Assembly (NCBI GenBank): GCA_044868005.1
Contig: JBIOVX010000017.1
Span: 9,377 to 73,376 of the forward strand
Length of the DNA stretch: 64,000 bases
Source: Thermoanaerobaculia bacterium
GTDB lineage: Bacteria > Acidobacteriota > Thermoanaerobaculia > Multivoradales > UBA5704
Reading direction: 5' to 3'
Shown: piece by piece, positions 37,267 through 45,989 of the stretch
Position numbering within the stretch: the first letter of the stretch is position 1
Layout: each line of letters starts with the position of its first letter
Position numbers and translations under genes: made by a program
Notes under the pieces: generated by a model
Databases searched by the model: none
Told to the model about the DNA's origin: nothing
The model's input: only the letters and a program-made list of their open reading frames with translations

Positions 37267-37372
37267 AGGGGCGCTCCCTGCATCATCGACTACGAATGGC
37301 GAATCGTCTGCAAACGTTTCGTGCCGTTACAGCATACCTCAAGCGTTGATCATCGAGGCTCGCGGCGGCGTT

Positions 37373-38041
37373 CCCCAGGATGGGGGAGCCGCATCTGAGA
37401 TGAGGGCGGCATTCCCCAAGATGGGGGAGCCATATCTGAGATGAGGGCGGTGCGCCACAAGCTCAGAAATCCCGCCGCAAGCTCGGGGCAGCGTTCCGTC
37501 AACTGAGATGCGACGCCCCAAGATGAGGGTGCCGCTCCCCGGGCTCAGAAATCGCGCCGCAAGGTTGGGGCGGCGCTCCGCAGGATCAGAAGGCGTTCCC
37601 CCGGATGAGGCCGGCGCGCCACAAGCTCAGAAATCCCGCCGCAAGCTCGGGGCGGCGTTCCGTCAACTTAGATGCGACGCCCCAAGATGAGAGCGCCGCT
37701 CCCCAAGCTCAGAAATCGCGCCACAAGCTCGGGGCGGCGCTCCGCAGGATCAGAAGGCGTTCCCCCGGATGGAGGCGCCGCGCCGCAAGGTCAGAAGGCG
37801 CGCCGCAAGCTCGGGGCGGCGTTCCGTCATCTAAGATGCGGCGCCCCAAGATGAGGGAGGCGCGCCGCAAGATCAGAAGGCGCTCCCCCAGATGAGGGCG
37901 CCGCGCCCCAAGCTCAGAAATCCCGCCGCAGGATGGGGGCGGCGCTCCCCGATCTCAGAAATCGCGCCGCAAGGTTGGGGCGGCGCTCCCTCATCTGAGA
38001 TACGGCGCCGCAAGCTCAGATGCGGCTCCCCCATCCTGGGG
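37373..38041. repeat. Satellite-like array (alternating 20/21-bp units, 164-bp higher-order repeat) bounded by a perfect 27-bp inverted repeat
   Basis: ccccaggatgggggagccgcatctgag at 37373-37399 and its reverse complement at 38015-38041; the block at 37452 recurs at 37616. Confidence 0.88.
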
Positions 38042-38211
38042 CGTGAGTCCGCGAGCCTGGAGGCGTCGCGCTCGCAGCCGAAGAGCTCCGACTCCAGCAA
38101 CGGCATGGCACGCCTCTTGAAACTGAATCAAGACGAGGCGGGAGGGCGGCGCGATGGAAACAGCAGGGGTGCTCTCTTGACGCCGCCCACCGTTCTCGGA
38201 TGGTAGACCTG

Positions 38212-38239
38212 GTAGGGGCGCAGCTCGCTGCGCCCCTAC
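38212..38239. repeat. GTAG-type REP-like hairpin / terminator
   Basis: GTAGGGGCGCAGC-tc-GCTGCGCCCCTAC. Confidence 0.6.
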
Positions 38240-38267
38240 TCCTTTGTGGGGAAATAACGGCTCTCGT

Positions 38268-39689
38268 CTACCGGGAGTCGGATTCGAGCTCCAGCTCCAG
38301 CTTGATCTCCTCACCCGCTTCCACCTCGAAGCTCCGCTCCTCGGCCTTGCGGCCAGGCCGCACCACCGCTAGAAGGTGCTCGCCAGGGCTGACCGGCAAG
38401 CCGCTGCGCATCATCGTGAGCTCGGTACCCGTACCGACGAAATGGCCGTCGAGGTAGACCGAGGCATCCTGGGGATAGACTTCCAGGCGCAGGCGGCCCT
38501 TCTGCTCCGCGATCTCTTCCGCCTCGTCCTCCTCATCGCGGTCGTCGGGCCGGTATCCGCGCTCGCGGCGGACGCGGTCCTGCCAATCCTCTTCGTCGTC
38601 GTCTCCCGGCTCGCCGCGCTCCAGGCGCTCTCGCCGCTCACGCTCGTAGCTCAGCCGCTCGTCGCGCCGTTCGTGCGACTTCGAGGCGAGATCCTCCGGC
38701 CGCACCGAGTCGCCGGGCTCCATCCGGTCATCGAGACTGATCACCGAGCCGGGGTAGACCGAGATCTGGCGGGCGATGGTCTTGAAGCCGTCGAGGTAGA
38801 GGACGACGTCGTAGGTCCCCTTCGGCAGCCAGAGGTAGCGCGGCCAGCCGTCGAAGCCGTCCACCTTGCCGACGTATTGGCCGTCGAGGTAGATCTCCGT
38901 GCGCGCGGGAGAGACGTCGAAGTCGAGGGCGCCGACTTCGCCGTGGCCGTAGTACCCGGGCTGCCCGTACCCGTATCCATAGGGGGGATAGTACGGATAG
39001 CCATAGCCCCACCACCCTCCCCACCACCAGGAGGAGAAGGGCCAGAAGCCGTAGCCATAGTAGCCGTAGGGATAGTAGTAGCCGCCATGGTAGCCGCCGC
39101 CGTAATAGCCGCCGCCGTGATGGCCGCCGCCATGATGATCGCCGCTGCTGCCGCGGGAGGGCGGCTGGCGGTGCGGCCCGTTGTCGCCGGGACCTACCGG
39201 ACGGGCCGTACGCCCCGAATCCGAGCCCGAAGACGAGGACGAGCCGCCGCTCGAGCCGCTCGACGACGACACGTGGGAGCCGATCTCGTGGGCGGTCCGG
39301 CCGGCGTCGCTGCTGTCGCTCGGCCGGGAACGCTCCTGGGCGAGGCGAATCGGCGGCGAGAGCTCCTCTGTGCTCGGCACGCTCGGCTCGGCCGCTCCGC
39401 CGGTCTCGCTCGGCACGTTCGGTGCGCTCGCTTCGCTCGGCGCGCTGGGTTCGGCTGGAGCGCTGGGCTCGCTCGACACGCTCGGCATGCTCGGCTCGCT
39501 GGGAGCGCTCGGGGAGTCGAAGCTGCCGAAATCCACCTCGGGAGCGGTCCGGCCGAAGTCACTGCTGTCGTCCGGCCGGGAGAATTCCTGGCCGGCGAGA
39601 AGGGGCAGGCTCGCGAGCAGGAGGGCGGCGGCCGCGAGAGGAAACGCCTTACGCGGGAGCCGCATGACGGCGGGACTCTGGGTGATCAT
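38268..39689 (-). CDS. Secreted PEGA-domain protein with Ser/Pro- and Gly/Tyr-rich segments
   Basis: Two V.P..A/T.(V/I)YLDG..VG PEGA units; signal peptide; AAGGAGAG RBS. Confidence 0.8.
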   Translation of the reverse strand: MITQSPAVMRLPRKAFPLAAAALLLASLPLLAGQEFSRPDDSSDFGRTAPEVDFGSFDSPSAPSEPSMPSVSSEPSAPAEPSAPSEASAPNVPSETGGAAEPSVPSTEELSPPIRLAQERSRPSDSSDAGRTAHEIGSHVSSSSGSSGGSSSSSGSDSGRTARPVGPGDNGPHRQPPSRGSSGDHHGGGHHGGGYYGGGYHGGYYYPYGYYGYGFWPFSSWWWGGWWGYGYPYYPPYGYGYGQPGYYGHGEVGALDFDVSPARTEIYLDGQYVGKVDGFDGWPRYLWLPKGTYDVVLYLDGFKTIARQISVYPGSVISLDDRMEPGDSVRPEDLASKSHERRDERLSYERERRERLERGEPGDDDEEDWQDRVRRERGYRPDDRDEEDEAEEIAEQKGRLRLEVYPQDASVYLDGHFVGTGTELTMMRSGLPVSPGEHLLAVVRPGRKAEERSFEVEAGEEIKLELELESDSR

Positions 39690-40626
39690 GGGTGCTCTCC
39701 TTTTCCATCTCCGCGCCGAGGTCGGACCAGGCGCGGTGAAGACCTCGGATGTAGTGGAACCTCAGTACATCTTCCCATAACTTTGGGGTTCCTATCGGCA
39801 GTTTTTGCAAGGCGCGGACCAGGAGCTCCTTGCGCTTCTGAGGAGCCACGGGCGGCAGCGGCGGCGGGCCGCCGGGACCGAGCCCCAGGAAAGACCCGAG
39901 CTCCGGATGGAGGCGGTAGAACACCACGGCGCAGTAGCCGGCCTTCTCCTGGCGCGCGGCGAAGCGCGCCAGGTCCGTCGGATGATCGTGCGCCACCGCG
40001 GCCCTGGGCTCGTAGACGAGCCGCAACCCGCGCCGTTTCAATCGATAGGAGAGCTCGATGTCCTCCCAGGCCGGGTAGGGAAAGCGCAGGTCGAAAGGCT
40101 CCGCCAGCAGCAGATCGCGCCCCAGCGAGAGGTTGGAGGTGTATAGGAAATTGAACGGTACGTCTTCTTTATCGCGGATCAGCGCGTAGCCGAACTGCAG
40201 TCCCTGCTCGTTGATGTAGCGCAGGAATGGATTGACGCGCATGCGCCGGTGCCAGCCGGTGTAGCCGAGGACAGCTACGTGAGGATCGTCGCCGCGCTGC
40301 CGGTGGGCCGTGCGATGGGCGGCGAGCCATCCTGGCGATGGGACGGTGTCGTCCCCAAGAAAGGCCACCCAGCGGCCGGAGGCGGCGGCGACGCCCGTGT
40401 TCCGCGCCGCCGCCGGGCCGTGGTTCTCCTGCACGATGGCGCGCAACGGCATCTGGAACGTCCGGCTGCGCAGCCAGTCGCCGGTGCCGTCCGTCGAGCC
40501 GTCATCGACCACCACCACCTCGAAGGCGGGCGCGGCATACTGGAACTCCAACGCCTGCAGGACCTCGGCGAGGACCTCCAGGCGGTTGTGGGTGGGGATG
40601 ACGACGGAGACTTCGGGTGAAACCAT
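39649..40626 (-). CDS. Glycosyltransferase family 2
   Basis: VSVVIPTHN, VVVVDDGSTD, GPAAARNTG, FLGDD, WEDIEL. Confidence 0.9.
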   Translation of the reverse strand: MVSPEVSVVIPTHNRLEVLAEVLQALEFQYAAPAFEVVVVDDGSTDGTGDWLRSRTFQMPLRAIVQENHGPAAARNTGVAAASGRWVAFLGDDTVPSPGWLAAHRTAHRQRGDDPHVAVLGYTGWHRRMRVNPFLRYINEQGLQFGYALIRDKEDVPFNFLYTSNLSLGRDLLLAEPFDLRFPYPAWEDIELSYRLKRRGLRLVYEPRAAVAHDHPTDLARFAARQEKAGYCAVVFYRLHPELGSFLGLGPGGPPPLPPVAPQKRKELLVRALQKLPIGTPKLWEDVLRFHYIRGLHRAWSDLGAEMEKESTHDHPESRRHAAPA

Positions 40627-40707
40627 GGAGAGAGATTACTCCAGGCGGCAGGATCAACGGGCCTTCCGATCCCGGATACGGCCGCGGACGGATGGTATGA
40701 TAGAGAT

Positions 40708-41049
40708 ATGGACACCGCTCCTACAGCTTTCCAGGCCGTAATCTTCTTTGATCGGGGGTGGTGGGTTGCTCAGTGCCTCGAGGTAGACATCTGCGTCGCT
40801 TCACGGAAAAAGAACGACTTGCCGAAGAAGATCGCGCGCCAGTTGCGTGGGCAGGCGGTTTTGGACATCTCCCGTGGAAAGCGCCCATTCGAGACCTTCC
40901 CCAAGTCTCCCGAGAAATTCTGGCGGATGTACTCTGAGGCGCAGCAGGTGAGCGTCGCGGAACTCAAGGAATCCTGGTTCTCTCGCCTCCTCAATGCCGT
41001 CAGGGGAATTCCGGAGCTTCGGGCGAAGCTTACCCTCGCGACCGTCTAG
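40708..41049 (+). CDS. Small HicB-like-fold hypothetical protein
   Basis: WWVAQCLEVDICV pattern; TGGTATGAT 6 nt before the ATG (leaderless). Confidence 0.6.
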   Translation: MDTAPTAFQAVIFFDRGWWVAQCLEVDICVASRKKNDLPKKIARQLRGQAVLDISRGKRPFETFPKSPEKFWRMYSEAQQVSVAELKESWFSRLLNAVRGIPELRAKLTLATV

Positions 41050-41303
41050 TCCGGGTTGGCTAATCCCAGTAAAACCAGCCAGTCCGGGCGATTCAAGCCG
41101 CGGCAAATCGCCTCCTGTTGCGCGGGCGCCAGCATCTTCCAGCGGTTGATCCAACCCAGCCTGTAGGTGTTGCCCGTACTCACGTCCTCCAGGTACATCC
41201 CCGTACCGGCGAGCAAATCCCATTTGATCTTCAAATCCTCAACGTCCGTCTCCACCCATATCTCCCTTACAAATTCCAGGACGCTACGGTCGCGGGGCTG
41301 CAT
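41046..41303 (-). CDS. Small hypothetical protein
   Basis: 85-aa ORF beginning 9 bp after the GT2 stop; overlaps the convergent gene's stop. Confidence 0.5.
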   Translation of the reverse strand: MQPRDRSVLEFVREIWVETDVEDLKIKWDLLAGTGMYLEDVSTGNTYRLGWINRWKMLAPAQQEAICRGLNRPDWLVLLGLANPD

Positions 41304-41312
41304 GGGCCGGTC

Positions 41313-42617
41313 TCACCCCATCTCCATGATCTCGTCGAGACTCGCCTTCACGATCGGGACATCCTCCGGCAGCCATGCTTGAAACCCGGGACTCGCGAAG
41401 AGAGTCTGATCCCCCGGGTACGTGGGAACGAGATAGAGAGGAAATCGCTCGAAGATCTCGCGATCGGGACGTTTCCTACGGCCCTGCACGGCGGCGCGCG
41501 ACTTCGCTGCGCCTTCGAGGTTCCCGAGCAGCCAGTGAAGCGCGCGAAACTGCGCGACCGTGCGCTCGTCCGTGATCTGTGGCGGGGCGGAAGGCGCGGC
41601 CGCCGCGCCCATCCCCAGCTTGCGCAGACCGCGGCGCAGGAACTCCCGCGGCCCATACCCTTTCCAGCGGATCTTGAATCCTTCCCAGGTGGTCGCCGGA
41701 GGAATCTCGGCATCGTTGCCGCCCGTGTTGGCGATGTGGCCGGCGTAAGGATCGACGCGCAGGATCTCCGCTCCGGGATTGCTCTCCAGGAGCGCCTGGG
41801 TGCGGGAGGTCAGGGTGAGCATCACCGCCGGCATCAACCGCTCCCAGAGGCCCGGCTCGTAGTTCTTGTAGGCGGTGAGGAAGGCGTTGCGCTCGAAGAG
41901 GAAGCCGCGGTTGAAGAGGCCGAGGAGGTCGCTCGTGGCGCTGGAGCGGTGGCGCACGGCGGCTTCCGGAGCGAAGACGATGCGCTCGCCGCCGGACCAC
42001 AGGCGCCAGCCGAGGTCGACGTCCTCCAGGTAGGCGAAGTAGGACTCGTCGAAGCCGCCGGCGGCGAGGAACGAGGCGCGGCGCACGAGCATGTTGCCGC
42101 CGCAGGCGAAGGGCAGCTCCTCGCCCGCCGCCGGCAGGCGCGCCGCGGCGAGCGGCCGGCGGAAGTCGAGCTGGAAGGCGTGGCCGTCGAAGGTCATCAC
42201 GCCGCGGCCGAAGTCGAGCCGCTCGCCGTTCCAGTCGACGATCTTGCCGGAGACGGCGGCCACGTCGGCGGGGGAGGCGGCCAGCGCTTCGACGAGCGCG
42301 CCGAGCCAGCCCGGCTCCGGACGGGTGTCGTTGTTGAGGAAGGCCACGGCGTCGCCGTCCGCCTCGGCCGCCAGCCGGTTGTTGCCGGCGCAGAAGCCGA
42401 GGTTGACTGGGCTCTCGACGAGCCGCACGCGGCGATCCCGGCCCCAGCGCTCGCGCATCCAGGCGGCGGTGCCGTCCGTCGAGCCGTTGTCGAGGACGAG
42501 CACCTCCCAATCCACTTGGCGGACCTGCTGGGCGGCGAGGGCTTCCAGACAGGTCTCCAGATGCTGCCGGCCGTTCCAGGAGAGGACGGCCACCGAGACC
42601 TTGCGAAGGGGAGTCAA
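41313..42617 (-). CDS. Glycosyltransferase family 2
   Basis: VSVAVLSWNG, VLDNGSTD, NLGFCAGNN, FLNNDT, YFAYLEDVDLGWR; TTG start overlapping the upstream stop. Confidence 0.88.
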   Translation of the reverse strand: MTPLRKVSVAVLSWNGRQHLETCLEALAAQQVRQVDWEVLVLDNGSTDGTAAWMRERWGRDRRVRLVESPVNLGFCAGNNRLAAEADGDAVAFLNNDTRPEPGWLGALVEALAASPADVAAVSGKIVDWNGERLDFGRGVMTFDGHAFQLDFRRPLAAARLPAAGEELPFACGGNMLVRRASFLAAGGFDESYFAYLEDVDLGWRLWSGGERIVFAPEAAVRHRSSATSDLLGLFNRGFLFERNAFLTAYKNYEPGLWERLMPAVMLTLTSRTQALLESNPGAEILRVDPYAGHIANTGGNDAEIPPATTWEGFKIRWKGYGPREFLRRGLRKLGMGAAAAPSAPPQITDERTVAQFRALHWLLGNLEGAAKSRAAVQGRRKRPDREIFERFPLYLVPTYPGDQTLFASPGFQAWLPEDVPIVKASLDEIMEMG

Positions 42618-43870
42618 GCGGTCCCTTTCCAGACGCGAAGCTTGCGGCGCAACCGGAAGGAGAGAGGGTCCGGCGGCGCCACGGTGGCCGGCCGCGCGGC
42701 GAAGCGCTCCTTGGTGGCGTCGACGGCCGGGGCGCGGCAGAAGCGGACGAGAGGCGCCAGCGCACGGTCCCAACGGAAGGCGGCGGCGAGCTCGCGCGCG
42801 CCGGCGCTCCGGGAGCCCGGCTCGTCGAGCGCCTCGGCCATGGCCCGCGCCAGCGCCGAGGCATCGCCGGGCGGCACCACCCAGCCGGCGCGGTGCTCGG
42901 CGAGGAGGCGGCTCATGGCGCCGCCATCGCTGGTCACCACCGGGCAGCCGGCGGCGATGGCGTCGAGGAAGCGAGTGCGCAGCGAGAGGCGAGCCTCGAG
43001 GCTCGGCCGGTGGGGCGCGACGAGGAGGTCCACGTCCCGCAGCAGGTCGTACCGCCGCTCGGCCGGTACCCAGTCGAGGACCTGGACGCGGCTCCCCCAC
43101 CAGCCGAGCGCGCGGCAGCGGGCCTCGACCTCGGCGAAGAGGCGCTGCGGCGTGCCTTCCGGATTCGGATTGCGGATCAGCAGCAGCGTCCAGACGGGCC
43201 GGTCCAAGGCGGCGAGGGCGTCGAGCAGCGTCCAGGGGTCGTACCAGTCGTAGAGGCCGCCGAAGAGCAGCCGCGCCTCGCCCGGCGCGCGGGGTGGCAA
43301 TACGGGCCGGTGAGGAGGCAGCTCGTCTGGCACGCCGAACGGAACCGGCGCGATCAGCGAAGCGAGGTCCGGATCCTGCGCGATCCGCTCCGGATTGACC
43401 CGGCCGAGCGCCGTGAGGAACCCCAGATAGAAACTCCGCTGTTCCTCCGAGGAACAGAGAAAAAAGTCGCCGCGCGACATCTGCAGCGTCCAGGTCGCGT
43501 GATCGTTGCGGTACGGATCGAGCCCGAGCGCTTCGAGGTAGGCGAAGTTCTCGATCAGCCAGGGATCGTAGAGATCGATGGCCACCGGCAGATCCGGAAG
43601 CTCCAGGAGGAGATCGTTGGCGAGCTGTCCCTGCGCCACGGCGCCGTCGCAGTCGGCGAGCAGGGCGGCCAACCGTCCTCGTTCGAAGGGCCGGATGGCG
43701 ACCTCGCCGAGCCCGCCCAGCGGCGCCGTCTCCTCCGGCGGCGCGGGCGAGACCAGGACGACGTCGATCCCCTCCCGCGGCAGCCGCCGGGCGAGCTCGA
43801 GATAACGGATGCCGATCCCCGCCATGCGAGGCCGCAGCGGCTCGCTGGAGAGGAGGGCGATGCGGGTCAT
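42614..43870 (-). CDS. Glycosyltransferase family 4 (GT-B)
   Basis: MAGIGIRY.ELA, LLFGGLYDWYDP, RTRFLDAIAAGCPVV. Confidence 0.82.
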   Translation of the reverse strand: MTRIALLSSEPLRPRMAGIGIRYLELARRLPREGIDVVLVSPAPPEETAPLGGLGEVAIRPFERGRLAALLADCDGAVAQGQLANDLLLELPDLPVAIDLYDPWLIENFAYLEALGLDPYRNDHATWTLQMSRGDFFLCSSEEQRSFYLGFLTALGRVNPERIAQDPDLASLIAPVPFGVPDELPPHRPVLPPRAPGEARLLFGGLYDWYDPWTLLDALAALDRPVWTLLLIRNPNPEGTPQRLFAEVEARCRALGWWGSRVQVLDWVPAERRYDLLRDVDLLVAPHRPSLEARLSLRTRFLDAIAAGCPVVTSDGGAMSRLLAEHRAGWVVPPGDASALARAMAEALDEPGSRSAGARELAAAFRWDRALAPLVRFCRAPAVDATKERFAARPATVAPPDPLSFRLRRKLRVWKGTA

Positions 43871-43886
43871 GGACGAGAATCCCCAG

Positions 43887-44065
43887 CCGGTATGCCCGCA
43901 GAGGCCTCACCCCCTGTCCCCCTCTCCCTGACGGGCGAGGGGGGACGCTCCACAACGGGCGTTGCCAATAGGAGCGTTCGGATTCGGCAAGACTCCTTCG
44001 CCTGCGTCCCCCCTCGCCCGTCAGGGAGAGGGGGACAGGGGGTGAGGCCTCCGCGGGCATACCGG
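43887..44065. repeat. Long intergenic inverted repeat (62-bp arms), REP/MITE-like
   Basis: 43887-43948 pairs with 44004-44065 with one mismatch; internal CCCTCTCCC/GGGAGAGGG motif. Confidence 0.85.
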
Positions 44066-44081
44066 TCATGCCAAGTGAACC

Positions 44082-45989
44082 TCACGATCTCCGTCTCCCC
44101 CACCATTCATGAATCCGCCACGCTCGCGTCGATTCCATCTCGCGGATCAGCCTGTTGAGCCGTTCGATCTCCGCATACGTGCGGCCGAGGTGCGCCGTCT
44201 GGTCATCGACGGCGGCGCGGAGCTTCTTTTCCTCGTCATGGAGACGTTGGATCTCCAGGTCGATGCGTCCGCGATCCTCCTTGTAGCGCTCCAGGTCGCC
44301 GCGCAGGGACACGGCCTCGCCGCTCGCCGCATGAAAACGCTCCTCCCAGAGGAAGCGCTCGCGAGAGAGGGCGTGATGATCCTGGACGAGACCGGCCAGG
44401 TCGGAGCGCAGCCGCTGGAGCTCTCGGCGGGCGCCGGCCCCTCCTTCCCGCTCGGCCACCAGCTCGGCGCGCAAGGTATCCACCGCCCGCGCCAGCGCCT
44501 CCGGCTGGAGACGGCCGGCGTGCTTGGCGAGCACCCGCGCCTTCACCGCCAGGAAGTCGGCGCGCTCGCGCGGCCGCTCGCCGAACACGTGATGGCCGCC
44601 GCCGCGGAAGTGGCGGTACTCGCAGGTGACGCGCGCCAGGTGATGGAACGCGGTGAGGGCGGAGAGGCGGATCAGGAAGTCCCAATCCTCGAAGAACGGC
44701 AGAGAAGGATCGAAAGGGCCGGCCTCGGCGAACAGCGGGCGCTCGACGAGCAGGGTGTTGAAGGGGATGTAGTTGTCGACCAGGAGGACGTCGGGATCGA
44801 AGTCGCGGCTGTAGGGGAGGCGCCGCTCGCGGCAGGTCCAGCCATCGCCGTCGAGCTCGTAGACGGCCACGGCGGCGTCGGTGTAGGCGACGCGCACCCC
44901 GGCGGCCGAGACCAGGCCGGCCAGGGTGGCGAGATGCTCGGGCGCCGCCAGGTCGTCGTCGTCGAGGAACGCCACATAGTCGCCGGTCGCGGCGGCGATG
45001 CCCGCCTCGGCGGCGGCGGCGCGCCCGCGGTTCTCGGCGAGATCCACGCGGACCACGGGCAGCGGATAGCCGTCCGGGACCGCGGGCGGCTCGCCGCCGT
45101 CGTTGACCAGCACGACCTCGGCGCGGCGGTACTCCCCGGCGGCGAGGCTGGCGAGCGCCTCGGCGAGGAGGCCGGGGCGGTCCCGCGTGCGCACGACGAC
45201 CGAGATGCGCGGTCCTTCCCGCACCTCGTGGATCTCGGGCCGGCCGCCCAGGTGACACACGAGCTGGGCCGGGCTGCGGGTGGTGAAGTCCCCGACCTGC
45301 AGGCGCCGGTAGCCTTCGGCCAGCTCCACGCCGGGGTCGAGCGTCAAGGTGCGGAAGCGGCGCAGACCGGAGGCGGCGTTCCAGTAGGGATGCCGCTCCT
45401 CCTGGCTGGCGTAGACGGCCATGGCCTCGGCGAGCCGGGGCGCCTCGGCGGAGACGTCCACCAGCAGATCGGGATGCGCGGGATGGTTGACCTCGTAGAG
45501 GAGAACGCGCAGGCTGCGCAGGAGCTCCTCCTCCGCATCGCCGGGACGCAGCGGGCTCAACAACCGATGAAGCGCGGCGAAGGCGGCGCGGTGATCGCGC
45601 GAGGTCTCCAGCGGCGAAGGTGCCAGCAACAGCTCGGGGCGCTGGCTGAGGAGGGCCCGGCGAATGCCTTGGACCGCTTCCTCGAGACGGCTGTCGAGCG
45701 CGCCGTCGGGCAGGCCCAGATGGTCGCAGCCGGCGAGGCCGAGGAGCTGGCAGACCCGGGCTCCCTCCTCGCGCCGGCGCCGGGCGTAGGCCTCGCGGTC
45801 GGCGATCTCCTCGCCGCCGCCGGCGCCGTCGGTCAGGAAGAGCACGCGCACCGCCGCACCCGCCGCCGCGAGCTGCGCCAGGAGGCCGCCGCAGCCGAGG
45901 ACCTCGTCGTCGTAATGGGGCGCCAGCACGAGGGCGCTGCCGGCGCGCACGCGCTCGGTCCAGCCGGGAGGTTGGAGTGTTCCGTTCAC
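44082..45989 (-). CDS. PIG-L deacetylase - GT2 - coiled-coil fusion
   Basis: APHYDDEVLGCGG (PIG-L); ISVVVRT, LVNDGG, FLDDDD, EDWDF (GT2); heptad C-terminus ending MESTRAWR. Confidence 0.88.
   Translation of the reverse strand: MNGTLQPPGWTERVRAGSALVLAPHYDDEVLGCGGLLAQLAAAGAAVRVLFLTDGAGGGEEIADREAYARRRREEGARVCQLLGLAGCDHLGLPDGALDSRLEEAVQGIRRALLSQRPELLLAPSPLETSRDHRAAFAALHRLLSPLRPGDAEEELLRSLRVLLYEVNHPAHPDLLVDVSAEAPRLAEAMAVYASQEERHPYWNAASGLRRFRTLTLDPGVELAEGYRRLQVGDFTTRSPAQLVCHLGGRPEIHEVREGPRISVVVRTRDRPGLLAEALASLAAGEYRRAEVVLVNDGGEPPAVPDGYPLPVVRVDLAENRGRAAAAEAGIAAATGDYVAFLDDDDLAAPEHLATLAGLVSAAGVRVAYTDAAVAVYELDGDGWTCRERRLPYSRDFDPDVLLVDNYIPFNTLLVERPLFAEAGPFDPSLPFFEDWDFLIRLSALTAFHHLARVTCEYRHFRGGGHHVFGERPRERADFLAVKARVLAKHAGRLQPEALARAVDTLRAELVAEREGGAGARRELQRLRSDLAGLVQDHHALSRERFLWEERFHAASGEAVSLRGDLERYKEDRGRIDLEIQRLHDEEKKLRAAVDDQTAHLGRTYAEIERLNRLIREMESTRAWRIHEWWGRRRS

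Noticed and set aside
37339-38206. Short ORFs in the satellite; CRISPR
   Set aside because: Repeat-derived low-complexity translations with no repeat-spacer structure.
42618-44069. N-terminal half of the 918-aa ORF
   Set aside because: Shadow frame over the GT4 gene and the inverted repeat; GT2 homology begins at 42617.
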